DNA of 64,000 bases, taken from NCBI GenBank assembly GCA_021613535.1, contig CP075496.1, positions 3,596,001-3,660,000 of the forward strand. Direction: 5' to 3'. Positions 12,054-25,000 of this stretch are shown here, in pieces (position 1 is the first letter of the stretch; every line of letters starts with the position of its first letter). The notes under the pieces were generated by a model. The model searched no databases. It was not told the origin of the DNA and saw nothing but the letters and a program-made list of their open reading frames with translations. The position numbers and the translations under genes were made by a program. The DNA is from Adineta vaga. Lineage: Eukaryota > Animalia > Rotifera.

Positions 12054-14473
12054 ATGATTCCCGCTACTATCGTCTCACCACATTCAGTCAATACATTGGA
12101 TCGTATTGCTTTTTGCAAAAGTGTCCGTGAAAAACGCAAGCAACTTCAATTAAATCATCAGACAGATGGTGAGTTCTTTTATCTTTTCATCTATACATTA
12201 TAACATATGAATCATGATGTTTTGTTTTGTCTGAATAGAAAAGGATGACATGAATTCATCTGTCGAGAATGCTTTTCTTACACAAATGCTTCAATCATCG
12301 AGTTCTTCTGTCACATCTTCATCATTAGGATCATCATTAAGTATCACATCACTCTTACGAAAAGGTAATTATTCATCACCATCATCGTCGCATCGAACGG
12401 CTACTAGTACTTTGACAAATATTTTACCGGCTTTACTCAATGGAACATTACAATCACCACGTACTGTTTCACCAATCGGTACGATAACAAATGTTATTTC
12501 AATGAATTCTCCGACAAGTACAAATACAACAGATACTCTGGTTGATATGAAATCTTCAACATCCTTACCTGTATCACCTGCTACTCATCTTTTCAACAAT
12601 AATCAACCTAATTCAACACAAAATGATGTTTCTACTCCAGCTAATTCTTCGCCGCCTCGTTGTCGATCCTATCCTATGGCTGCACTGACAAAACGAGCTT
12701 CATCTCCTACATCTACGATCTCACCTTCAGAAACAACACCAGTCACGCAATCATTTCCATCTCCAACATCATATTTATTAGCAACTGCTTCATCTTGTCC
12801 TTCATTTACAACAACTACAACAAATAATATGATAACTTCATCAACATCTCCATCACCTGATGATACAACACCAAAAATTGTTCGATCCGCTTCAGTCAAA
12901 TCATGTGCATCTGATTCAGGCGTATCATCATCCAGTCCATTGTCAGATAATAATATTGTACATGTAAGTATTCTTACAAATAAAAAGCCCTCGTAGCGAT
13001 TCCTTTTTTATTCTCAATGTAAAATAAATATTATTCTTAATGTCTATAATAACAATGATATTTTGTTTCATCTAGGTTTTTCGTACAAATCATATTGAAC
13101 CTAACAATCAACCTCAAATGACAACGGGTAGTCGGAAACGGAAATCTCTTGCTCATTTCTATGATGAATTGAATAAGGATAAGAAATTTTCAAGTGAAGC
13201 TACCGTTTCATCTGGCTTTGCAATGCCAACATCAACAACAAATCCCAACATTCCATATAGTCAACAAGAAGCACTTGCGTTTGGTTATGCTCAATATGCT
13301 CTTATGCATACTCTTACTCAACAATTTCGTGTTAATTATCCTGCTGCATTTTTACATGCTGCGGCAGCATCGGGATATTTACCGATACCACCATCACTGA
13401 TGGCTGCTGCTGCTGCCGCAGCCGCTGCTTCAGCGAATGGAAATCAATCAATGCCAACAGAAAAAGTTCGTGAACGTCGAAAACAAGCACCAGAAAGTGA
13501 CAATAATAATAATCATATTCATTCAACATCATCATTAAATGATCAACCATATCGACGAGAAACGTATCAAACATTACTTGAAAGTAGTCGATTATTAGGA
13601 CAACAACAACAACACCATCAAAAGCTAATGAAACCAGTACCAATCGATTTACGTAAACATAATGGAACGAATCGACTGAATGATAATAGTAAGTTCCTTC
13701 TTTATTGATCATTCATTTGTATTATTGAATATTTTCAAAAAAAAGGCCCTCCTTCATCTAATTGTCGATATTCATCTTCTTCATCTTGTGCATCACCACC
13801 GAATTCACCACCATGTTTAAGTCCACCGAAAGAACCTAATAATGATTATGTATGTATTCCAAAAAAATTAATGCCTGTTATTGGTGCACGTATTAATGAT
13901 TGGCTTGAACGTAATGTTAATTTTGCTCTATCACTTTCTATCATCCAAGAAACACTTGATAATACAAAAGATCGATATCTACTTCTTTCTCGTATTTGGC
14001 ATCGTCTATTATTAACAAGTATGATTGAAAATAGTTTCGAAATTTATGTAACAAAAGATTTACAAATCACTAATGATATGTTATCTCCATCGTCAACAAC
14101 TATAACCTATCCGACAGAAAATGATGTTAAACAAATTGAATCGTTAATAACTCGTGGTAAAACATTAGAAATCGATGAAATTGGTTTTAATCTGATTCGT
14201 GAAATGATTATCTATAAGGAAGGTAAAACATTATTCAATAATTTAAAAGGAAATCTATTTGAAAAAGCTGAATGTCAAACGCAAGCGAAATTGACAGCCT
14301 GGTGTTTAACACGTGTTAAATATTCGAAAATCGTCTTCTTTTTATGCAATATCTATCAAGTTAAAGAAGATGTTTTTGAACGCTTATTTTGTGCTGGTTC
14401 AATGCATCAAAGTACACCAATACATGCACATTTAGAAAGATTTTTAGATTTAACTCTATCTATGGATATTTAA
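12054..14473 (+). CDS. Nuclear-receptor ligand-binding-domain protein without DNA-binding domain (NR0B/DAX-1/SHP-like, NR2-type LBD), ~726 aa
   Basis: Four exons (12054-12168, 12239-12963, 13076-13688, 13746-14473) splice in frame to 2181 nt. The last ~200 aa show LBD signatures: LERNVNFALSL...KDRYLLLSRIWHRLLLTSMIE, YPTENDVKQIESLITRGKTLEIDEIGFNLIREMIIYK and KYSKIVFFLCNIYQVKEDVFERLFC...TPIHAHLERFL. No C4 zinc fingers, and an in-frame TGA lies three codons before the ATG. Confidence 0.8.
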
Positions 14474-16453
14474 AGTCTTTTTTTTTTGAAAATTTTGTTT
14501 TGTTGTTTTTATTTCAAATTATTGTATATTTCCTTGCTTTTATTCTCGTGTCCGGCGCAATGAACCGTCAGACGGTTTTCTGACTTTAATTAGAATTCTT
14601 CGATGCTTTTAAAGTATCGCTAAAAAAACAAAACCAACAGTCGTCAATTGTATTTGTTTTAAGAACTCTTGAAAATCTATCTGTATCTATTTGTATGTAT
14701 ATGTGTGTGTTGTGTAGAACAGTTTGTTTGAACATGTTTTATCTCGTTAAGAACTTCTTTTATGTATCTTTCGAATCCGAACAAATAATTCAATGTAATA
14801 TGACGATAACAAAACAAAAATTAAATAAACGAATAGATTGTTTTTGTGTTTGCATAGTCTGACGATGAGATAAACACATATTTGTCTTTGTGAACCTTGA
14901 CATATTACGAACTTTTTTTTTTCCTGTCAAAAAAAGAATCGGTATTATGTTGTTAGTCTGACAACAGTGATAGACGTGTTTTGTTGTCCTTGAAATGAGA
15001 GAAGAAGAAGAAGAAGAGAAAAAGAAAAACCCGAACGAATAGATAATATATTTGATGATTATTATTCATGTCAAAAATAGATCTTGATATATTTTCAATA
15101 CTTGAAGGAAAAATATAAAGATAAGGATTTGTTTATTGATGTTTGTTCGAGTCTTTTTTTTCTGCTCCATCGATGAAAACAATACGAAAGAAAAATATTT
15201 TCAGTAATCAAAATCATATCAAACAGATTATTTATTCATCTGTCTTCTTTTCGATTGTATTTTTGTACTTTTATGCAAATAATTCAATACTTTCATCGTT
15301 TTAGAGAATGATGAATTTACATATTATTATTTAGATGAGAATTTTGATAGATAGAAAAAAACGATGAAGAAAATTTTTAGTGTGAATAGAAGTTGATTTA
15401 GTACGAACATTTTTCATTTAGAGATAGTTTTTTGTATCTCCACGGAGTAATAATACTATGCTCTATTTCTTTTTTTTTATTGCAATCGTTTACAGTTGAA
15501 TCAGAAATAATAATTGAAGTACATGAAACGATAGTGCACAAAAATTTCAGTTATTTCAGTGTTGTTATTAAGCTTCATGTAATGATAACATACAATAAAC
15601 TTATTTCTAGATCAAGATGAATCGGAAAATAAATTTAATGCTCGATCAAATATTTATCAATATTTTCTTTTCTCGGGTCGTTATTTTTAAGTTTAATACT
15701 TTCAGAGATGCTACTAATACAACATTAGTACGCTCCTATATATCGTTAGTTTCTCAAGAGAAAAGACTAGCACTCTTGAGAAATCTATTTTTTATTGATT
15801 CTTTTTAGTTAAAATAATTCAACTACTTTAATGATTTCTATTCATGTTTAAACAGATCGAATGTATTTATCATATATGCATAATGTCGTCTAAACAACGA
15901 GAAAAGAAAAAAACGTTGAAATTATCAAGATTTAACCCGAAAAAAAAAGAATGAGATGGGAGATTTGCTAGTGTTTTGATGAAACAATTGAGAAAAATAG
16001 TGAACAACACAAACAGACACAGATTTAGAGACACGTGGCGAAACCAATTATAGCGAAGTTTAAATAATGAAAGAAAACTTTAAAACGAAAAGAGAAAGCG
16101 AAATTTTTATATCGATAAGATAGATATTAGTTAAGAAGATTGAGTATATATATATATGTACGAAGCGAGCAAGCAAATGAGAAAGAAATAGTCGTCATCA
16201 CAAAATTGAAGAGAAAAAGTAGTGAAGAGCACCACAATGATACTCTCAAAAGAAAGAAAATAAATATATTCTATGGACAGAGTTGGTTGTAGAGACAGAA
16301 AAACAGATCGATAAGTTAAGAATGAATTTATAAACACTACTGTTGTCTTTTTCCATATTCAGATAGTTCTCTCCACCGGCAAACAGAGAATCTGTTGTGG
16401 AATGCATTCCAATTCATCAGCACCAACATGAAACTTCCACAAATTTGTTTATA

Positions 16454-19158
16454 CTAGATTTCAATACACCATTCATCATTAGACAAAAGCTTCTTTTTTT
16501 TTAACAAGAATAAAATTATTTATACACCATCGATGATTGATCGTGTTGGCTCGATAATAGATGATATTTGTGATTCATCATCACTAGTATTATTACCATC
16601 ATCATCATCATCATCGTCGTTAACCGTTTTTTTACGTAATAAATAAAGACTATCGGAATGACGAATTTGTTGTTTTCCATCATCTCCTTCATTTTCATCA
16701 TCTTCAAAAGTAACTGGAATAGATTCAGAATTGACTAAAGTTGATTCGATCATATTTGTTTGCAAGGTTTCTTGATTATCACCATTTGGTAAAGAACTAA
16801 AAATTATGAAAAGATTCATGTATATGTTTTTTTCTTCAAATACTTAACCATGAATAAGGCATTTTTGCAATAGATTTCTTATATTCTATGAGTGAATGAA
16901 TGACTTACTCGACGGTTTCTGCTGTTATTTCTTCATCATTACTATTATGATTGTTCGATATTTCATTAATTGATTGTTCTTGGTTATTATCTAAATCGTT
17001 AGATGCTTGCTCTTTTTCTTGATTGATATCTTCAGATTGTTCAATATCATCATGAATACCGTTAACTAAAATTTCTATTGGTCTAAAATAAAAATCATCA
17101 TTTCTTTTACTTAGAGATGTCTAAATAAATTACTGTGAATTGTCATTAGTAGTAGTCGATATATCTTCACTATTATGTTCAGTTACGGTTGTTAAATTTT
17201 CATCATTTATTGATTCTAAGGGAACGTCTTCTTCTAATAAAATATCATTCGGTGTTGTGATGGATGATTCCTGCTGATCATTTCCATTAGTAACAATTTC
17301 TTCTAAATAAATTTCGAATGAAAATGTGATGTAACAAACTAAACTATCTTACCATGATTATTTGTTATCTGTTCTACTTCTTGTCGGCGTAGTTGATCTT
17401 CATATAGAAGTAAATTTCTCTGACATATACATTCAATATCATTCATCCATTTGGCTTTTTGTTCATTTAATTCTCGTGAATTATTATTATTCATTGCTGG
17501 ATTGGAATTATTTGCTGAGTTATTGCTATTAAAACTTCCTAAACCAACTGTCATTCGTCGAAGATTTGATAATGAAAGTAGACTATTCGTATTTGTCGTT
17601 GTTCGATCAATATTCTGATTTAATGACGAATTCACAGATAAATCCATTGGATCAAAATCAACTTTTAATAATGATTTATTACTTTTCATTGCTATAGCCA
17701 TTCCACATATTCCACTAGCTTGAATATTATTTTCTCTTAAATCAAGATATTGAATGACAGATGATTCAGCAATAAATTCAGCTAGAGCAATAACAGCTTG
17801 ATCTGTTAATCGACAATTTCGTAGAATTAATTCATTAATTGTTCGATTTGTTAATAATGCATCACGTAATAGAAATAAACCTTCATTCGTTATTGGATTA
17901 TGACTCAAATTTAATGAACGAATCGTTCGATTATGTAATAAAGATTTTGCTAAAAAGCCGACGCCTTGATAAGTTAATTGATTCGATTGAAAATTCAATT
18001 TATAAATCGTATTTTGATGTGTATGATGTTCATCATATTGACTTAATTGTGATGCAATATGAGACATACCATTATCTTGTAAGGAATTTGAACGAAGGTC
18101 CAAAACGTTAAGAAATTGCCCACATGAACGAATTAAGTCATTTATCAGTATGGAATCTTGCACTTGTAGACCTAATTATAAAAAAAAACACAATCATATT
18201 CTGTATCATTAGAATGATTCTTTGGAAACAAAACGAAAAAGAAATAAAGTAACTCTTCACGTCATTTCTGATGAAAATATATATGAAATTGCAAACTGCA
18301 TTCATACAAACTAAAGAAAAATGTCGATTTTGATTCTATTTCATTATCATAATCGACAAGATTTTTGTTCGAATGAATTCTTTGAATATAAAGAAGCGTT
18401 ATATGATATCAAATCTAATCGGAATACATACGATTATCACATAAATACAGTTCACGTAAACATGGACATGCTCGAATATTTTGTATGAGTTTTTGTAATA
18501 TTTTTCCATTTAATTGACATGATTCGACATGTAATTCATATAATGTTGTTGACATTCGTAATGACCGACCAAAACCTAACATACTTGTATCGTCAAAACG
18601 TATCGAATTCATATCTAATCTTTCTAAAAAACGTGTTTTTCTCATATATCTTGTTAATGCTTGATAACCTTGAAAATTAATCGATCGATTATTGGATAAA
18701 TTCAAATGTGTACATGATTCATAATATTCAATAACATCGAAAAATTGTACAAGGGTTGAATCATCGGAAAAAGATGAATCAACATCTAAGAGATAAAAAC
18801 GACAACGTGAAAGAATTTCTTCAATTGCATCGATATGTTTTAAATCTAAACGTTCATTAATAATTTTTAAACATTCAAGACGATCATGAAAAGATTTTCG
18901 TCGATCATCCATTGTATTTAATTGTTCTAATAAACAATTTAATGGACGTATTTGTAAACGTTGACATGCACCACGATAACGTTGTAAAATAACACCAAGT
19001 GATGATAATGGTTGATCAGCTAATGGTTCAGGTGCAATTGATATCATACGCAATTGAGATTCATCACTTGGAAAACGTACACGACGTTTATGACTAACAG
19101 TTGAAATAGGTTTTTCTTCATTGGAAACGATATTGGCACTTTCGTCTTCAGAAGACAT
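16454..19158 (-). CDS. PPP1R37: Protein phosphatase 1 regulatory subunit 37-like (LRRC68), leucine-rich repeat protein
   Basis: N-terminal KRRVRFPSDE (RVxF PP1-docking motif in a PPP1R37-like context), RI-type LRRs (IEYYESCTHLNLSNN, LRELYLCDN, IQYLDLRENNI) and an acidic low-complexity tail. The frame and stop of the last exon are uncertain (16454 or 16479). Confidence 0.85.
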
Positions 19159-19311
19159 GATAAAAAAATTTGTTTGACAAAAAAGAATAAGTAATTGAGA
19201 ATGATTTTTACAAAATTACATATCTGAAATACAATAAAGTTTTCTATTTGATTTATATAACAAGAAAAACAACAACAACAACAATAACAAGAAAAGATCT
19301 ATTTTTTACTA

Positions 19312-20161
19312 TTATTCTGTCCATCGATGAAGACAGTGTTGATTTCGACATACATAATAGAGGGTCATACGATCCTAGAACAAAAGAATGTAGAAAAAGA
19401 AAGAATTTCATTGCAAGAAAATACAAACTTCACTTCGAGCTGATTGTGCTTGGAAAAAAACAGCATCAGCTGTTCGACATTTTGGACCTAGGAAAATAAT
19501 TTATCACTTTCGTAAAGATATTTTCTCATTTTACTTACAAGGATGATCACCAGTACGTGGTAATGTTGGATCCGAAATAACATCAGTCACAATTTGAGTT
19601 AATTCACTAAAGAATCATCGAAGGAAATAAATCAACTTTATCAATTATTAATTCAAACATCCTTTCTTCTGAAAAGAACCTATGCATGATAGAAAATTTA
19701 TCTTATCCGAATGTTCAATGAGGAAAATATCGTATGTTCATGTATTATAATAGATTTGCTATTCATATAAATATTTAATTTATCAAAAACGAAGTTTATA
19801 CACTATCGAATGTTTTTGTTTTGAAAAAAAACAAACTGTTGATAGACATGAATACTCACTCAATTTCATGTGTAATCTTATTGACATAAATACATGGATT
19901 GTCTGCTGCTTGTTGATGTTGACATCGACGACACTAAATGAATTAGAATACGAAAAATTAAGATGAAAAAATAAGAATTTACTGCATAGAGTAAAATTCG
20001 ATTTTCTTTATCTTCTTTGGGATATAACATATTATTGCTAATGAATAAAAAGAGAAAGATTTCATAGTTGAATAGATAATTCAAATTTACACGAACCATT
20101 CTTGACAAAATTTAATACCAACAAAACCTGAATTGACTGAAGTATTTCCAATCGTATCCAT
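19312..20161 (-). CDS. POLR2I: DNA-directed RNA polymerase II subunit RPB9 (6 exons)
   Basis: Spliced translation: [127 protein letters not shown]. Both zinc ribbons are intact. Mostly missed by the ORF track. Confidence 0.97.
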
Positions 20162-21287
20162 TGAATTGTTATTTTCTAACAAGAAAAATAAGCATGAAGA
20201 ACAAAAGATTGTTGATTTCTTTTAAGTGTAGTATTTATAGAGGAAAATAATGCAAATGATCAATGAATGTCGAGTATATTCGAGCGGAAACGTCTGATTG
20301 TGATGGAGAGAATATAAGAAACGGAACTTACACATACACACTCACAGAGTATAATGTATTGTATAGCCGATGAGGATGATGAATAGAAAAAGAAAAGAAA
20401 TGCATGGTCTATTGTGGATAAGACAAACCGTGAACGAATCAAAATTCATTTGTTTTAAGATGGCACCACTGATCTTGAAACGTAGAATTCTGAGAAAGAA
20501 TTTCTTTTGTTATCTAATTGAAGACCCTATATCATTAGAAATAATATTATGATCGGTAGTTACAGAAATGTGTGGATGCACAAATACTTGACAACGATTA
20601 TGAATTGTATTGATATCAATTATTTGTTCATGTTTTTAGCTGAAATGAAGTATAATTTAATTGAATTCCGTCAACAGATCGGATGATGACAAAGAATAGT
20701 TTATGTATGAAAATTATATAAATTAGTGCACATCATTTACTTCTAGTTTAACGTTTAAATAAATCATCTAAAACGGAAAATTCATATAGTCATACAATAA
20801 AGAACGGCTTGTTATCTTATGAAGATAATTGATGTACACGATAATTAATCTGATATAACAATACTTTTATTACAATGAAATACAATCGGTAAATTATAAT
20901 TACATGAACCATATTAAGGAGAATATATTCCACTGAAAAATGTGCACTGTGTCTATAGTAAATGGTATAGAAAAATCATACTTTTATAATCCTTTCTTTG
21001 AAGTATGTTCGATGGATGTTTAGGAATGTCTTTGTTGCTTTACAAGTATTTTATATATGCAACAAAATGTGGTCCTATTATATAAAAACAAAATTTCATT
21101 CTTGTACGATTTTTATTTCGTTAAAAATTACGTTATAAAAACCATTCATTTTATAAAAGTATTCGAAATTATATCGATATCTTCAGACTGAAAACACGTG
21201 TACTAGTAAATAAATAGATCAACAATAACGTGTCTAGTTCTGTACTTTATCTTTCTCTCTCTCTCTCTCGACATACATTCATAGGCC

Positions 21288-21296
21288 ATATATATA
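21288..21296 (+). promoter_or_regulatory. TATA box of the DUF1761-like gene, preceded by a (CT)n tract
   Basis: ccatatatatagc about 85 bp upstream of the ATG at 21379; (CT)n at ~21254-21269. Confidence 0.5.
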
Positions 21297-21378
21297 GCAT
21301 CTAGTCATTGTAATTTTCTTTTGTATACTCTCTATTTACATCACATCATACTACACATAGTTTGTGATTTGATGCAAT

Positions 21379-21807
21379 ATGGTGACTATTAATTATTGGG
21401 CTGTTGCAACATGTACATTCATAAATATGATCTTAGGAGGTTTATGGTATTCTCCATTACTTTTTGCAAAACCATGGATCAAACTTATGGGTTTAGATAT
21501 GAAAAAAATGGAAAATGATCCAACTTTGAAAAAGAATGCTCAAAAAGGTTATATTATAAGTACATTTTGTCATCTGATCATGATGTTGGTTATGGCACAT
21601 TTCATTGGATATATGCATGCATCAGGTTCATGGTTTGATGGCTTAAAAATTGGTTTTTGTTGTTGGCTTGGTTTTTCATTGACAACAATGTTACCAAATC
21701 ATATTTTCTCAAAGAATGATTTCTCATGGCCTCTTGCTGCTATCAATATTGGTTATCCAATGGTGGGAGCATCATTAGCTGGTGCAATACTTGCTGCTTG
21801 GCGATAA
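21379..21807 (+). CDS. DUF1761-family small multi-pass membrane protein, intronless
   Basis: INYWAV...ILGGLWYSPLLFAKPWIKLMG N-terminus, G-x-x-x-G-x-x-x-WLGF and AINIGY...GAILAAW C-terminus match the pattern of the mainly bacterial DUF1761 family. Four hydrophobic segments. Confidence 0.8.
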   Translation: MVTINYWAVATCTFINMILGGLWYSPLLFAKPWIKLMGLDMKKMENDPTLKKNAQKGYIISTFCHLIMMLVMAHFIGYMHASGSWFDGLKIGFCCWLGFSLTTMLPNHIFSKNDFSWPLAAINIGYPMVGASLAGAILAAWR

Positions 21808-21839
21808 AATATGACTTTTAAACGTTCTTAGTTATGTTT

Positions 21840-21858
21840 GTGTGTGTGTGTGTGTGTC
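21840..21858. repeat. (GT)n microsatellite in the 3'UTR
   Basis: gtgtgtgtgtgtgtgtgt. Confidence 0.85.
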
Positions 21859-22097
21859 TTTAGGAATTCTAGTGAGAAAAGAACATGCTGCATATTGTGT
21901 ATAAAAGTACGAAATAGACATTTGTTTTTTCTCTTCGAAATAAATGGAGGATGACAATATTTCGGCTAAAGATGGATGAACCAATCAACATAATTTACTC
22001 TTTCTGACTATTTTCGACCAAACCAAACGTAAAAACATAGAATATTTGTATTTTTACCGTAACACTAATTGAAGATACAGTTTATTTTAATTGGATT

Positions 22098-25000
22098 ATG
22101 ACACTTGGTACAGTATTTGAAGGTCAATCAACGAATTCTAATGAATATATTGTTCGTAAATGAGAAATTTTTAAATTTTCAAATATTAGTTTTTTTTTCA
22201 AATGAATAGACACAACGTGATCGACGCGAAACCATTCTACAAGTACGCGAAATCACTGGTTTCGATGAAGCTACTATCAACCAAGCAATTGAAGCATGTA
22301 AAGATGTTACCGGTTGTTATTCAATTGACCAAGTGATTAATTTATTATTTGATGATAATGTTAGTATCATATACAAAATTCTTAATTTCCACTGAAGGAT
22401 CATTTTGCTTCTAGGTTCGAAATACCTCTCAACCATTAATTCCTCAATCACAGCAGAATCCATCTATTTCTATACCAAATACGACGAGAGGTTTGTCATT
22501 AGGAACAAATGATCGAAATTACGGAACTACAGCAACAGATGATATTATTAAAATTTCATCAGATACTAATAATCAACAACCTATAGATACAGATCTACAA
22601 CGGTATGAGGATTATTCCTTCAGATTAGACTTTATCTTTAAAAACATCATACTTTCTTTTAGTGCGATTCTCTTATCATGTGAAACAATGGAACAATTGA
22701 TTAATGAATCTAATGTAACTAGAAGAAATCCGTATGAGACACCAGCTGGATTGAAAAATATTGGAAATACATGTTGGTTTAACTCTGTTATTCAAACACT
22801 TTATACTTTACCTTATGTTCGTCATATTATATTGAAATTTAAATATTCAGGTCCGAATAGTTCATTGACTACTGATATGTACTTCTTCTTCAAATCCATT
22901 GTATTTGTTGTTGTTTTTTTATAAATAATTTAGGAACAAAGAGCAATTGATTTTACAAAAGAATTACGTAATTTATTTGCTTTAATGTTTGAATCACCAC
23001 GTCTTTCCATCAATCCCGAGCGTGCAATCAAAACATTTAAAAATACAAGAAAATTATCTGGCATTGATTTTTCACACGAAGTATTTTCTTGGAAAACAAA
23101 AATCAACATTTTTGACGTTCTATTTGAATTCGTAGGATTGCTCGGAATTTGCTATGCATCTTGTCGATCTTGTTGAATTAGCATTTGAAACAATGAAGAA
23201 AAGGTTAGACAATTTGAAATATTCTCAAAAATGGCAATAATAGTTTATTCGTTATAGTTCACCGAACACATCATTACTATCAAATTCGAATAATCCTATT
23301 CAAACATTGGTAACTGGAGAAGTTCTTGTCGAAAGAAATGAACATGAATCAAGTAGATATGATTGCTTTCAGGAAAAAAAAGTTGATACTAATTTTCATC
23401 TGATGTTTAGTTCGGGAAGCATTAAGACAAATAAATATTCAAATGGTTGATGTCACGAATTTATATGATGGTCTTGAAACTCTTTGGCTTGGATCATCAG
23501 ATGACAAACTTTCTAATCAACAGGTATAAATTTCTTTCACTACACTCGTTCAATGTTTTCGTTGTTATTAATATTGTCTGTTTCATATCGCGTATGATCG
23601 TATAATTTATTTTACATTTCTTAGAATATTGTTGAACAACGATGGTTGACACAATTACCATCTATTCTATTTATTTGTCTTAATCGTTATCGATTTTCAG
23701 CAACAACAAAACAAGCATCGAAAATTATTGCACCATTTGAATTTTATCCAGAACTGTATCTTGATCGGTATATGTTAACAAATAAAGATCTTATTTTAGA
23801 GAAACGAAATATTGCTCGAAAACTATACGATCAACTAAATAATTTAGAAAATACATTGAACAGGTATTTGAATAAAGACAAGAAAAAAAAAGAATTATCT
23901 ATAATCAATTCTTATAGTTATTTAAAGTATCCGTGTAATGATGAAACATTTTCATTAGCCAATGCTATTCGAATTGTTTATGAATATGCAACTAGTGGTC
24001 AACTTAATCCCATAACAACGAACAGGTAATTTAAAATTTGTCCATTTATGGGAAGAATAACTTATTAGAACGGATGATGCATTTAGTCATCCATCAAACA
24101 TATCAACAGAAGATCTTCGATGCATTCAAACAGTTTTGCCAATTTGGTTAACTGAAGTCGAGACCAAATGTGCAAGTAATGAAAAACAAAGAGGTATTTC
24201 ATGAATAAGAAAATTCTTTCTTTGAGCAGATATTCGCGAAGAAATTCGTCAAGTAAAACAGGAATTAAAACAATTGTACGATACATCTGAATTTAAAAAG
24301 GTTTGAATGAATTTTCTATCAATCAATTAATAGATGATATTTCATTGTAGACTCAATACACACTACATGCTGTTTGTGTTCATGAAGGAAGTGCTACATG
24401 TGGACATTTTTGGACTTATGTATACCATGCAGACAAACAAAAATGGTATCGATATAATGATAATGAAGGTAATTAAAGTTTGACTCAGACCATTCGGAAG
24501 AACTGCGTGTTCTAACCTAAACATTTTCATAAATTCTAGTTACCGAAAGTACATGGGCTGATGTCTTGAAAGCTGGTATTGGTAAACAACAAACAGAAAC
24601 TGATCATGACGAACTACATATTCCTAGTGCTTATTTATTAGTCTATATAAATGCGGAACAAAAACAATTATCTAATAGTTTGTTTTCTGTTGATTATTCC
24701 ATAATTATTCATGGAGAGAAAAATCTTTGTTTAGATATACATTATGAATTAAGTGCAGATCTTCGACGTGTTTTAGACGAAGATTTAATTTTATTAAAAC
24801 AACAAACTGACAATTTCCAATTAGAAAAATTGAATAAAGATTTGAAAGAAACTTCTGAACAGATGAAGAAATATCATGGCAATGATAGAATATCATTACT
24901 TCCAATTTTTACTGATGGCAACGCTTCTTTTGGTAATTTCCGAAAATTTGAATCTAGATTTCTATTCTTTAGACTTTTTCATATCATTCAGATACAGATA

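Noticed and set aside
12669-13712. Antisense and alternative-frame ORFs over the receptor gene (and similar ones over FASN, ABCB and USP)
   Set aside because: These are shadow ORFs caused by low-complexity or biased codon usage on the coding strand.
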